A DNA stretch of 64,000 nt from Balanoglossus misakiensis (lineage: Eukaryota; Animalia; Hemichordata), in the NCBI GenBank assembly GCA_040954595.2, contig CM082583.2:11173656-11237655 (forward strand), given 5' to 3'. Every line of letters starts with the position of its first letter. The first letter of the stretch is position 1. The notes beneath the pieces were generated by a model. The model did no database searches, was not told the DNA's origin, and saw only the letters and a list, made by a program, of their open reading frames with translations. Shown one piece after another: positions 13,201-25,000 of this stretch. Both the position numbers and the translations under genes were made by a program.

Positions 13201-14012
13201 GTTCTTCAACAGAAAGTTTTGTGTTTTAACCATAAAAAAAACCCATCTGAAATCAGTTACTACACTGTGTATTTAAGCTAACGCATTAAAGTACGACTAC
13301 ATGTTGTATATATCTGATGATTTGTATAGTCAGTGTCTTTACAATCATTTGCCATGAGCAGTGTGTGCCCCTGACATGAAAAGAACAGCTCACGGCCTGC
13401 CAATCAACTCGAGACTTGGCTGGACTTTCGTTTCTGCTGCCCTATCAGACAGTGTCTATAAAATCAAACATTATCAGCGATCATCTTCGTGTATTATTTA
13501 ACCATTATTGGTCCACTGTGTTGGCCTAGAGGGCACATCAATACACATGCAATTTGATATTCAGAATTCTGAGAAAATCTGAGACTAGTGTTTGTAAAAG
13601 ATCATTCTTATTATACAAACGCTGCCAGTGTATATTCTGTCTCCTTATACACAATATTATTTATATGAGTAACAATAAATACTTTCCCCCTCTGAAATGT
13701 TACCTTAAATAGTAACAGTATTTGCACCAGTGTTCTCCCGAGAGAAATTAAAGAGTCTTGGCCAACACCCTTTAATTTTGGGTAAACAATAGAAATCATT
13801 ATCATAACACTGTATGCAAATTTACCGATATCAGATCAGAAATTCCAAGGAAGAACACTGTTTCATTATGCCAAAGATGACTAAAATTATTGAGTTCATA
13901 GTTCATGGGATGTAAATTTTTTAAAGATGCCTTAGACTGTAGTAAGTTTTTGTTTGTTATCTAAATCTTGACTGTGTGGTGGGCATCGGGATTATGATCG
14001 ACATCTGATGAA

Positions 14013-15893
14013 TTAGTGTAGGTGAATGAGGGATTCCAGTTTTTTGGGTATGTGTCCTCTGTAGTCAATTTTGTATTTGACGATGGCTCTGGCCGCCAGG
14101 CACTGCAGTGTCACATAGTTGATCCAGGGAATGTCACAACTGCTGCGCACCAAGTCGGAGGGCATTTTGCGCTCCCCGTTGCAGTTGTCGAAGTGGGACC
14201 CTTGTTGGATTAGATACTGAATGATTTTGTCCGTGTTGCTGTTTGAATTCATGGCGGCTATGTGCAGCGGCGTGTTCCTGTCCACGTCGACGGCGTTCAC
14301 CGACGCGCCGCACTCCACCAGGAGCTGCACCACGTCCAGGCTGGGGAAGGAGCACACCGGGTAGCGCCCCACCGAGGAGGTCTCCTTGTCGCACGCCAAG
14401 TGCAGCAGGGTGTAGCCCCTGGCGCCCCTCGGGCACAGCTGCAAGAGTCGGTACAAAGTCCGCTTCATCGGCGTGGTCTCTGTCTGTTGGTTTTTGATCT
14501 TGGCGACCAGGCAAATGAGATGCATCAGAATGAGTAATCCGCGGTTGAAGTTGGACATGTCCTTTTCAGTGAGGGGAGCGATCTGCAACTGTTCATATCC
14601 CCGTTCGATTTCACAGACCCCCTTTGTGAAAACCTTGATAACATCTTCATTGGTCAGAAAATTGCTCACTTTCTCCCCGTGCTTCTCCGACTGCATGTAC
14701 GCGAAGAGTTCCGCAAATGACAAGAGGCTGCTTTGGGTCATTGGGTTCAGTGCTTCCAGGGCCTTCTGTTGCATGTCCAGCGCATACATCCACAGCAGTA
14801 TGCAGCGCTCGAAATTGCCCGAATCCGCATACACAGCACCTCTGTAACGGATGTAATATGACGTGTCTGGATGTGCCGGACCCAAGATCCTCTCCCGAAT
14901 GAGCAGGGCCTGCATGCGCATTTTATCCGGGTCACAAATGATGTCGTTGAGGTCATCTTTGGATGCTGCTTCCATGGTAAATTCATATGCCGGCACAAGA
15001 AAATTCTGGAGAGGTTTAGTGATGACACTGGCCTTCTCTTTGTATCTGTCATCCATGGCCTGATTCCAAAACTTCAACGCTCCCAGCATATCCCGCTTCT
15101 TATCCACAAAAGTGGCCCCGATGAGTTCAAAGGCATCGATGCGCTCTTGTCTGCAGCTCTCTTCCCTCGTCGTCAAATATTCAACAATCGTCGTATGGCC
15201 GGCCACCGCAGCTGCCATCAGTGGGGTCATACCGTACGCATCTACATCCATCTTGGCCTTATACTTCAACAGCAGCTTCATTATTTCGAGACTACCAGAC
15301 TCAGCGCAGTCGTGTAACGCCGTGTTGCCCTTCACACTCTTCCTGTTGACATCTGCGCCAAGCTGAAGGAGATACCTGGCGATTCGCAAATGTCCCTTGT
15401 AGCACGAAATCATCAGACACGTATGACCGTGACGATTCGCCAATTCAATGTTGGCGTCGTGGTCCACCAGATATCTCACGATGTCGAAATGTCCATCAAA
15501 ACACGCGGCTCTTAGCGGGGTCGAGCTTGTGTAAGTTGTGTGGTTGACCTGTGCCCCTTGTAAGATCAAACTTTGAACAATATTTAGATGGCCGGCAGCA
15601 GCCGCACACCACAGCGGCGGGGCCCCATCGATGGTTTCGCCATCGAACGTCACTGAACCCACTTGTTCGAAATCTACCTTGCATTCATCGATGAAATACT
15701 TCACCACGTCATGATGTCCATGTCTACATGCCATAAGAAGGGGTGTTGTGCCGCTCGTAACCGCCGAAACCAGGGACTTCACTTCCTCTTTAGGACGTCG
15801 ATCGAGAAAAACCTTCAGTCGGGTCAGCTTGCCATCTCTGGCTGCGTTGAAGATCAAGTTTTTATAGGTCTCAAAGGATTCCTTCTTTGACAT
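14013..15893 (-). CDS. FEM1C: Protein fem-1 homolog (FEM1A/FEM1C type), ankyrin-repeat substrate receptor of CUL2-ElonginBC E3 ligase; single coding exon, 626 aa
   Basis: Uninterrupted ORF. Motifs FNAARDGKL, FDGETIDGAPPLWCAAAAGHL, STPLRAACFDGH, HGHTCLMISCYKGH, KGNTALHDCAESGSLEI, HPDTSYYIRYRGAVYADSG, VGRYPVCSFPSL, and a C-terminal BC/VHL box TLQCLAARAI...IPKKLESLIHLH. Probably co-orthologous to vertebrate FEM1A and FEM1C. Confidence 0.95.
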   Translation of the reverse strand: MSKKESFETYKNLIFNAARDGKLTRLKVFLDRRPKEEVKSLVSAVTSGTTPLLMACRHGHHDVVKYFIDECKVDFEQVGSVTFDGETIDGAPPLWCAAAAGHLNIVQSLILQGAQVNHTTYTSSTPLRAACFDGHFDIVRYLVDHDANIELANRHGHTCLMISCYKGHLRIARYLLQLGADVNRKSVKGNTALHDCAESGSLEIMKLLLKYKAKMDVDAYGMTPLMAAAVAGHTTIVEYLTTREESCRQERIDAFELIGATFVDKKRDMLGALKFWNQAMDDRYKEKASVITKPLQNFLVPAYEFTMEAASKDDLNDIICDPDKMRMQALLIRERILGPAHPDTSYYIRYRGAVYADSGNFERCILLWMYALDMQQKALEALNPMTQSSLLSFAELFAYMQSEKHGEKVSNFLTNEDVIKVFTKGVCEIERGYEQLQIAPLTEKDMSNFNRGLLILMHLICLVAKIKNQQTETTPMKRTLYRLLQLCPRGARGYTLLHLACDKETSSVGRYPVCSFPSLDVVQLLVECGASVNAVDVDRNTPLHIAAMNSNSNTDKIIQYLIQQGSHFDNCNGERKMPSDLVRSSCDIPWINYVTLQCLAARAIVKYKIDYRGHIPKKLESLIHLH

Positions 15894-15899
15894 TTTCGA

Positions 15900-16370
15900 T
15901 GCCGTGACGTCGGGTACACACTAAATAAGAAATATCTTCATCCGATCAACGTGGTACATGAGATATATAACGTAAAGTACTCATCTTGTAAAAATATGTT
16001 GGCAACGACTCCACCAATTCTGAAAAACGAAACAAATCTAAAATGGCGATCTAATACTATGTGCGCATGCTCTCAGCTACAACGTCACATTTTCTGAATT
16101 CACCGCTGGCGGCGTTCCTAACCGAATGCCTTATACATATGCATGATACATGTACTACCTGATATAGGATTCTTGCCCGTTCAAAATGCAATAATATAAT
16201 ATTAGTATAACATTTTGACCCGTCTAACGTAGCACTTCAGCAAATATACATTGGGAAATATTTCACTCAACATTTTATTTTTAGGAGCATATGTGTTCCC
16301 AGCCTGCTTCAACTTCCTCTGTCGGAAGTAAAATTAAACTCACATGATTCATGGAGCTAGCTTGTGACGT
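15900..16370. promoter_or_regulatory. Candidate FEM1 promoter/5' region (housekeeping-type motifs)
   Basis: CpG-containing segment just upstream of the FEM1 ATG. Motifs: GTGACGTC (15904), AAAATGGCG YY1-like (~16040), TGCGCATGC NRF1-like (16062), CGGAAGT ETS-like (16323). A minus-strand acceptor-like tttgtttcgtttttcag ends at 16020. Confidence 0.4.
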
Positions 16371-17634
16371 AAGTGAACGTAATACAGTTACATGTATTTG
16401 TCGCATATATTTTTCACTTGGAATGATTTCAGTCAGAATTTATTGCAATAAGTTCAAACGTCTGAACTTCTATTCTCGTGGCGAAATTGTCTGTAACGTT
16501 ATGGCTGCCTACATCGCGTTCCACCGACAGACTCTGAATGATGTTGAACACCTCCATCAGAGATGTAGCCCTAAGGCATATTTATAATATCAGCGCTCGT
16601 GAACCAGTTATCTGTGATCACTTTGCTGTAAATCTACTGGTATAGTTGGCATATACTGTAGGTATAAATGCATTTCTATTTAGAGTTACGTTTTGTCAAT
16701 TGCGTCCTTCAGTTCCTTTATACACCAAGTAGTCAATGAATACATGTATGTGGATATTACACGAAAGTATAAAAGTCATGTTCAAGCGAAACAATCATTG
16801 TGACCTCCGCTTTACTGCAACCTTCACTTTTGATCTTACACAAGTTTTAAGATAGAAAGAGGTCAACTACATGTAGTGTTTACCTAAAGACCAAGTCTTT
16901 GTCTGAGTCACCTTACAAGGGTATTCTTTTCATTTGTCTTGGTGATTCCCGCGTCCTCTCCTTCTTAATGAAAAACAAAACGACATTACAAAGAGACAAG
17001 GGCAAAAGGAAATGACAAGGGATCGGAAAACAATATCGCCCTGGCGAAAGTTGTATTCCTTATTTGCTTTCAACGAAACCAAGGACATTTGACCTAGAGT
17101 GTTTGCCCTTGGCCAAAAATAACCGTTACATGTGTACACAGTTCGGGTTTTTAGAAACAAACTGGCACCTTCTCTCTTAAGGTCAGGGTAGAGTCTTGTT
17201 GCCCGGTCCGGTTCATATCTCAATCTGGCCTCGTCCGACTGTATGGTGGCGCTCTACTACACGGTCAGTGCCTTTGGTCCCCTCAGCTCTGCTGCCAACC
17301 TACTTCTTTGAGCGTGTTGCTCAGCATTACGTGTTGCCGATCGATATTGGCGTCATGGGTACATTTGTTGGTAATTTCATTTCTTTGTCACACAGTTATC
17401 GACTGGAATGATTAAGCAAACGATTGGGTCATGCATGACCCAAGTTAGAAACGCTAGCTCTGCGAGTCCATATGTAACATCATGTTTCAAGTTGTTTTCT
17501 GAAAATAAAATCCAGACGAAAAATCTACTTTTCAATAGATACCCATCGGCAATTCAGATATGTTATGTTGTTCAAGGAAATGTGAAATACATGTATAAAG
17601 TTTGCACTCTTGAATAGTCTAAAAATCAATGAAG

Positions 17635-17702
17635 ACATAACATAAGACAAGACAACACAGCACAACGCAACACAACACAACGCAACACAACACAACACAA
17701 CA
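17635..17702. repeat. Imperfect (CAACA)n pentanucleotide microsatellite
   Basis: acataacataagacaagacaacacagcacaacgcaacacaacacaacgcaacacaacacaacacaaca. Confidence 0.9.
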
Positions 17703-18358
17703 TGCATGTGTTGACGACTTCAGGTTGTTGTTGGTAACTATGCAGTGGCCATAATAGCACGCATTAATTAACATCTTTACAAAGCGGATATCGACTTTCC
17801 CAAAAGTTGGCACATTGTCATTCGTGCGCTTACGTAAATCGCCGTTTCCAACCACTGGCAAGTGTGCCATGTCGTGGTCTGGATCGGACTTAAATACTTT
17901 ATTCCAAACTCCAGCACGGGGATCGTGGTAAATAACATTTTAATTTTAGTCACTCGATGTGTATGCGCTACGGTGGTATCATTAGAGTGCTTATGACATC
18001 GCCTTGTGCATGCAACGCGTATTCCTCGACTGTCATAGAAACCTGTACCTGACAAGTGACTTTGCGTTAATGATCTGGGGACATGAGGAAGATCTACCTT
18101 GGGTGAGTCTGGGTGTTCATTCTTCATCTGTTTATCCCGTGGAAGTTCGTGTGCACGTTACTCGGTAAGTGCAGCCCCCTTTTAGTGTTACTGTACTTTT
18201 CTGCCAGCATTGTAGAAAACCGATCAATAAATGCGATGGAAAACCGACAGGCTAGGTCTCATGCATATACGCAAGCACGATAGCAAAACATGTGTTTGCA
18301 AGAGAAGTTTCACGGTTTCTGAATGTTTTAGGCCTGTTTGACCAAATAACTGAGGATC

Positions 18359-18607
18359 ATGGGGTGTGGTAGCTCTACTGACGATAGCATCAACGCCCAA
18401 CCTCCCGAGGAGAAAAGCATCAACGCCCAGCCTACCCAGGAGAAAAGCCTGAGGTCGAATGATGAAGGAAGCGTCCGCAGGCGAAGAGAAAAGAAGAAGT
18501 ATAAGAAGCCTGCATTTTTGAAGACCACCGACACTTTCTGGAAAGGGAAAAGGCAGCTCGTGCCCGACTATGAAGCATTCACCATCCTGGACGCATATGC
18601 GATAAAC
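18359..18607 (+). CDS. Kyphoscoliosis peptidase (KY)-like protein, coding exon 1 (MGCGSS acylation motif, basic patch)
   Basis: ATG at 18359, downstream of acceptor-like gttttag (18330-31). Donor AAC|gtaagc at 18608 (phase 0). Ends in LDAYAIN, matching the KY pre-catalytic region. Confidence 0.8.
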
Positions 18608-18856
18608 GTAAGCAGTTCAAGTGTATTACGTGTGCTATAAACGTGACAGGTTTATTGCGTGTACAGCAAGCTATTGTGTGGAGACGTATTACTATTTCGT
18701 GTGATACTGAATGATAGCTTTATGAGCGAAGTTTCCCGAACAGAGACCAAAATAATAGAAAATACACGACTCCAAATAACAAAGGACAATCCCCTCCGGA
18801 GTTTTAATGGCTCATTATCGGACTTTTCATTGTTTTTCTTCCATAACCTATAACAG

Positions 18857-19095
18857 GCACCAGCATTCTTAAAACGCGACCATCAGAAATTAATTAACTA
18901 CTTGACCCAATTGGCCAAGTCTGACGTGGAAAAGGCTCGAGTCATATTCCGATGGATAATAGAAAACGTCGCCTATGACATGGATAATTATCTCGCTGGG
19001 AATCTCAAAAACGTAGACGTAACTCCAAAGGGCGTCATACGTACTGGGAAGACAGTGTGTAGTGGTTATTCCAACTTGTTCAAGTATATGTGCAA
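18857..19095 (+). CDS. KY-like protein, coding exon 2 (transglutaminase-like domain with catalytic Cys)
   Basis: Acceptor taacag ends at 18856. Reads APAFLK...SDVEKARVIFRWIIENVAYD...GKTVCSGYSNLF. Donor AA|gtaggt at 19096 (phase 2). Confidence 0.88.
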
Positions 19096-19342
19096 GTAGG
19101 TCTTCTATTCATCCTTACTATACATACATGTAACAGTACACGTACAGTATGATACGGGAATAAATATAACTAAGAAATGTTATAAATTCTCTCTGAATGG
19201 ACGAGTCCGAAACAGCTGAATTCAGGGAATCCTAAAACTGGTGGATGGTACTTTGAAATGATTCAACTTTGACAAGCTATACTGTTATATGTAGGTACCA
19301 TTTAGCCTAACTCTTCCCTATCCGTTTTTTTTCCATCTACAG

Positions 19343-19539
19343 TATGGCTGGCCTCGAATGTGAAGTTTTGACAGGGGCTAGTAAAGGGCGGTCTTTCAAA
19401 CCTGGTCACACGTTTCCAGTTGGCAACGATGGTCTCCCTGATATGAAGCGTAATCCTAGCTCCCATGCTTGGAACAAGGTCAAGCTGGAAGGGGATTGGT
19501 TCCTCTGCGATGCCACCTGGGCTGATCTTGAATACACTG
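19343..19539 (+). CDS. KY-like protein, coding exon 3 (catalytic His and Asp)
   Basis: Acceptor ttttccatctacag ends at 19342. Reads AGLECEVLTGASKG...HAWNKVKLEGDWFLCDATW. Donor G|gtatgt at 19540 (phase 1). Confidence 0.9.
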
Positions 19540-19723
19540 GTATGTTTTTGTGCATTGTGTATGTTTTGCAGTATTTAATGTCATTTGATATGGTATAACA
19601 TGATCATGCAGCTGGTAATGATGTAGTGAACATAGTCAGTTGTCAGTTATAAAACCATAAAAGAAACACATCGCGTGCTTACGTTTCTGTTGATAGCATA
19701 TTCTGTCTCGCCGCCTGTTACAG

Positions 19724-21684
19724 AATCAAAGGAGACGAACGATCGCATCGCCAGGGGTCTGAGAGAGAGCGACTTCTTGGCGGATCCAGACGCGTTCTTA
19801 TCCACTCATTTCCCCATGGAGGACGGCATCAGTCTCGTCTACGAGCAATACGTGGAGAATCCAATGTCTGATATTAACAGGTGGGCCAGTCAAATGACGC
19901 GCATGAGCGGCTTTTTCGTCTTCGAGATGTCGCTTCTGTCAACGGACAAATGTGTCTTGGTGGCGGATGACGATAACCACGTTACCATTCAGCTGAGGGC
20001 GCCACACCCGATGCGCTTCTGGGGCGCGCTTTCACACTTTTCGCGTCCGAAAGACTTTGGAGATAAGTACTCGATGATTCATACACTGTATGATATGGTG
20101 TCCGTTGAACTGTTCCTGCCTAAATCCGGAGAATACCTGTTTAAGCTTTGTGCATCTCCCACCAACGCGGACGAGCAGTTGTCAGCCAGAGGATATATTC
20201 TCCTTCTTCAGTGTAAGGTGATCGGAACATCGACTAAGATGAACAAACCCCTCGTTTCGAACAACGTCTGGGGCCAGAACTTGGAGTTTTTAGAAGCCGG
20301 ATTCGAAGTCTTAGATCAAGACAGCCCCATTATCATAAGCGAAAACGGAAAACTTTCTATAACGTTGGAGCTGCCACCAACGTTTAAAAGTGAGGACCTC
20401 GGCTATACTTTGAAACACGAGTCAAACACGAAACTGAACGATGACACGTGCGTGTATGCTGAGAGGGGGGACGACCGGACGGCCATCTTTCACCTGAGAC
20501 TGCCCGAGGTTGGAGACTACGCATTCGCTTTGACGGTGGAGTCTAAAGCTGGCAAGTGGATCTCTGGCGCCGGTTACCTTGTCAGGTGCTTAGCATGCAG
20601 TGCGACAGCGGAAGCGCCGTTCCCCGACGGCAACAGAAGTCTATGGGGCCCCAACGGAGCCTTGTACAACATGGGCATTAATCCCACAGAAGGACCGTCT
20701 TCCACAATAAAGGCATCTGATGGACAGTGTTCGCTCACCCTCAAATATAGAGATATTAATTTCACGTGTGATCTTGCCGCAGGCGGGTCAGAAGCTCCCT
20801 TAGAAAGTTCAAAACAAATGATATTTGTGGATAAAAATACAAAAGAAGACACGGCAAGGTTTCATGTCCGGATTCCCAAGAGAGGTTACTACCGACTGAA
20901 TATATTTGCCTCCAAAGCCGGAGAGAGGGCGTATGCGGCGTTCATCGGTAGGTGGCTGATCGATGTTGTGTCGCCCTTCGAGGGAGAGCTGTACCCGTCA
21001 CACGGGAGCATCTGGGGACCCAACGAGAAATTCTCAGAACTCGGACTGCGGATGCTTAATAACGATTCATGTTCGTTTGTGGCAAGAGGGGGCAGGTGCG
21101 AAATCCGGGTGCAAAACTCAGAAGCCATTGAACGCTGCTACCATTTGAAACGAAACGACCAAATTGTGTCGAGCGAATGCATCTACGAAGAGTCACAGGT
21201 CGATGGAAATGTGACTTACCATTTAAAACTCCAAGAGAAGGGGTTTTACAAATTCGAATTCTTCGGCAGAAAGAAGGGAGATACAGCGCACGAATACCTG
21301 GGGTCGTGGTTAATTGAAAATGACTCTCCTTATGACAGAGAGTTATTTCCATCGCGCAGTGGTTGGGGGCCCGGTACCAACTTCTTTGACTTAGGAATGG
21401 GCATCGCAAACCCTCGAAGTACAACTTTAGAGGCATCAGGTGGTCGCTGCAAACTGGTACTAACAACAGCACGCCCTCTAAAGACGAAACACCGTCTGGA
21501 GCGCATGGGCAGAACGTACACCAAAAGCGACGGCGCGCGCGTCGTCGATTCGTCATCTTCTGACCGGATCATCTTCGAGATGAACGTACCCGAAACGGGA
21601 TACTTTGCGTTTTTGTTGTTCGCAAAAGAACCCGAGTCATCCAAATTTGACTATGTTGGAACGTGGTTAATTGATAGCCAGTAG
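19724..21684 (+). CDS. KY-like protein, terminal exon with five ~120-aa Ig-like repeats
   Basis: Acceptor tgttacag ends at 19723 (phase 1; an alternative in-frame AG is at 19695-96). FLADPDAFLSTHFP matches the KY/hillarin post-catalytic motif, followed by repeated WGPN...LP..G.Y.F...G.WLI units. Total spliced CDS is 2646 nt (881 aa). Confidence 0.88.
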
Positions 21685-22017
21685 AGGGGCAATCTCTGCA
21701 CTTTACACGGCGTTTTTGGCCAAAATTCACACTTTTTGACAAGTTGGATTGTCTCATGCCGGCATGCAGTATCAGAAAGACGGTTTTAGTCACGGTGACA
21801 CTTGCGACCAACCGCCAAAACTAGTTCTGTTAATTGAAAATGACATGACTACATCCAAGTGAATTTTATACAGCCAGTGTTTCTTTGTTCATTTGTGCAA
21901 GTCAGCGTAACTTTTAAACTTTGTTTTCAAAACTTCGATCGCCCATGGTCAACATTGATCGTCTCAAATTTTACGCAATCATGCCTTTTTAATTACAAAA
22001 CGAATGATGTGCCTGTC

Positions 22018-22023
22018 AATAAA
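22018..22023 (+). terminator. Candidate polyadenylation signal of the KY-like gene
   Basis: First AATAAA noticed after the stop at 21684 (~330 nt downstream), followed by T/GT-rich sequence. Confidence 0.4.
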
Positions 22024-25000
22024 GTAATCACAGCGATGATACAACAATCGAATTTGGCTCAGTGTGTGATTTTTATTATTTTTAGAACCTCGGCATGATA
22101 GCTTCTTATTCATTCCTTCGAGATCCAAACACAGATCAAAGCATCATCATCGGGACGACGTGCCAAAAGAAAACGAAGCTTGACCACAGCAGACTGTGCG
22201 CCACCAACGACACAGAAAGAACTTATCTGTGTTGACGGGAAACGACGAAGGCGAGTCGCATTTAATCTGATTAAAATCAGCTGTAGAGTTCAGCACTGTC
22301 TTTAGCTTTGGGGATCTGGTGTTCTGTTCTCTGCCTTGACTGTTCTCGGTGTGGGCACCTTCCGAACAGACCAACCAAGAACAGACAGAACAGCCAAGAA
22401 TCAGCAAAGGTAGACTGAGACGGTGCCGAACTCTACATATGATTTTAATCAGAATGAGTCACAAACAGCCCACCGCGAAACGGCCGTTATCTTATGGCTG
22501 CAATTCCATGTGAGCCTGGAAAATATTTCACCCTCAAAATTGATAACTTCAACATTGGAGAGATTGATTAGCTAGGAAGCTACGGCTGGCGCCAGCCACT
22601 CACTTGTGATTTTTGAAATAGGTCATTGTGGTCTCCCTTCACATCTTTGGCTTCCTCTATTATACACACAAATTGCGTTGGTTGCCTAATATAGCTTTTC
22701 CTACACGATTCACCGACGGATAAGGCCTCCCGCTCTTGATTGAAATGAGCGGTCACTCCAGCAGGATGAAGATTAAACGATTCAAGTAGAAAGTATTTAC
22801 CGAACTTATCATCCGTTTTAGTCATTCTTCACGTGAAGATTCTGAGGTTTCCGCAAATACCGTACTGCGCAACTTAGACATTTCTTGTGTTCGGAACGCC
22901 GGAGTAATATCAGCTACTTCAATTTAATACTCATCCCAACTGTATTTCCGTATACTGACGATTCTCAATTTTGGTTTGCAGTGTGAACACGTGCGTGTTC
23001 GACTCTACGGAATACACCTTTGCCCCTAAGCGTCGGAATGCAATGGTAAAACACAGCCCGGAGGCACTGCGGTTAGATAGGTTTACTTATTAAAGTTTTC
23101 AAAAAAATTAAAATGAACGCTAATACCGTCATATATATATAAAACAGTGGTCTCTGCATCGTCTTTAGTGTTGAACGGGTTCTGCGTTATCGAGTCAATA
23201 ATGTTGCAAAATATCGAGACTAAATGTTCTTGAAGAAAGTATGTTGTTGCAGCATCGATTGACGGGAATGCGCCCTAAAAGATATATTAACCGGTCGGGT
23301 TATTGCTGAGCCGTGAATCGATAGATCGCACTTAGGAAAGTTGTGCCAACCTGTGAGAGAGACTGTGAGAATTCATACACCTGAATCGTTGATATGTTTG
23401 CAAAAACAGTGAGGATGGGACGGCGCGGTATTAGGGTCGCTTCTTGAACTTCATTATCGTTTGAACCCAAGAAAGTGATCGTAAAGATATCATTCTACGC
23501 CGAATTGGCACGTTTATCAAAACAGATATTCGATGATAGTCGATGCCAGTTGACCCGTAGTACAATCGGTTATCAGTTTATCACGACCAAGGGACTTTCA
23601 TTCGTCTCAAAACGCGAAATTTCAAACGCAGTGCCGCCGTCCCAAGTGGAGTCAAAAGAGACTTTGAAAGGATAATGCCCTGATGTTGGAATACTTTAAG
23701 ATGTCGCTTCGGGGCTATTCGACAGTTCTGAAAAAAACGTGATGCCGTACAGATCCTGCAATACGCCACATTTCACATTCCCTACGGCAATCCGTCAACC
23801 CTATGACCTATGCTTCTTCAAACTTTGAAAAAATCATGTTTTCAGAAAGATGGAAAAATGGAGCCCGTGGCTTCTTGTCATCTCAGTCCTGCTGACAAAG
23901 CACATATGCGCTAAAATGCCCTGCTCGGGTTAAGCTTACGAGCACTCACCGCTTGCACTAAAGCTTTTAAAGTATTTTGGGATTGTTTCTACCTCACGGC
24001 AGAATCGCTGGAGACGGCTGTCGATAGATTGGAACGCGCGAAGGTTTGCGATGGACTGCTTTCAGTCACTCATGAAACATTTTCGTCGTTGTCATGACTA
24101 CGGCTGCCCACAGCCACACCCACCGGGATTGATGCGAGTCAGACGATCACAACAACTGGATGAAAAAGGCTTTCTGAAAATACCGGCCAACAAAAGCAAA
24201 AAGGCCCGCTGTAAATAATGTATTTTATGAGCCCAAGTGCGTGAGTTGATTTTTAATAATTGTAAGTTAGGATAGTTCACAGTGAGATCGTCCAATGGGG
24301 AATTATTTTTATTTCTTTGAATTCCCTAATGATTCGCTGAAAACTAGATTACGAATGAAACATTAACAATTTGAAAGCACATGCCAATGACTCGTAATAC
24401 ATGTATCACGACAACCGCAAAGTTCATTTTGAAACAGTTCACAAGCAGTTTCATTTTTCCTACACAAAGAATTGGCGTTGTACTGTGTTATTTTGCCACG
24501 CATACAAGTTAACAACATGTTTTCTAAATATATCAAATTATGCATGAGAAGACTCGAGAATGTCTCGTATAGCACTTCTGGGTGAAGATTCACCGTTTCA
24601 ATAAAGCTCGTAAACGTCTAAAAGGAGCTTGATTTTCTGATTGCTTTGACGTATAGCATGGGAGAGATAGAAAGATAAAGCCACCGTGAATTTCTTGGTA
24701 GGTGGTGTTTATGTATCGACTGAAATTCTACTATAAATTTACAGCATGTAAAAGAAGACAAGCTATAAGTACTGTACAGTAGAAGCGATTCAGGGAATAT
24801 TTTTCTTAATAAAACATATAAATGTCTTTCTTATAAAGTCAAAAATAACGTGACTGTTGCAGATGGAGAACGCGCAGGATATAACGGGCATTTTACATAA
24901 TATCGATATAAAGCCACGGGAAATTCAACATATGCTCTGATGATAAAGCACCCTTGAAGATATTATAATGAGAACCACCCTGCGGTAATTGTGTATGCAA

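Noticed and set aside
14022-15890. Multiple short ORFs overlapping FEM1 on both strands
   Set aside because: Alternate-frame shadows of a conserved CDS.
17525-17870. Cys/Val-rich ORFs (CCVVL repeats)
   Set aside because: Derived from the (CAACA)n microsatellite.
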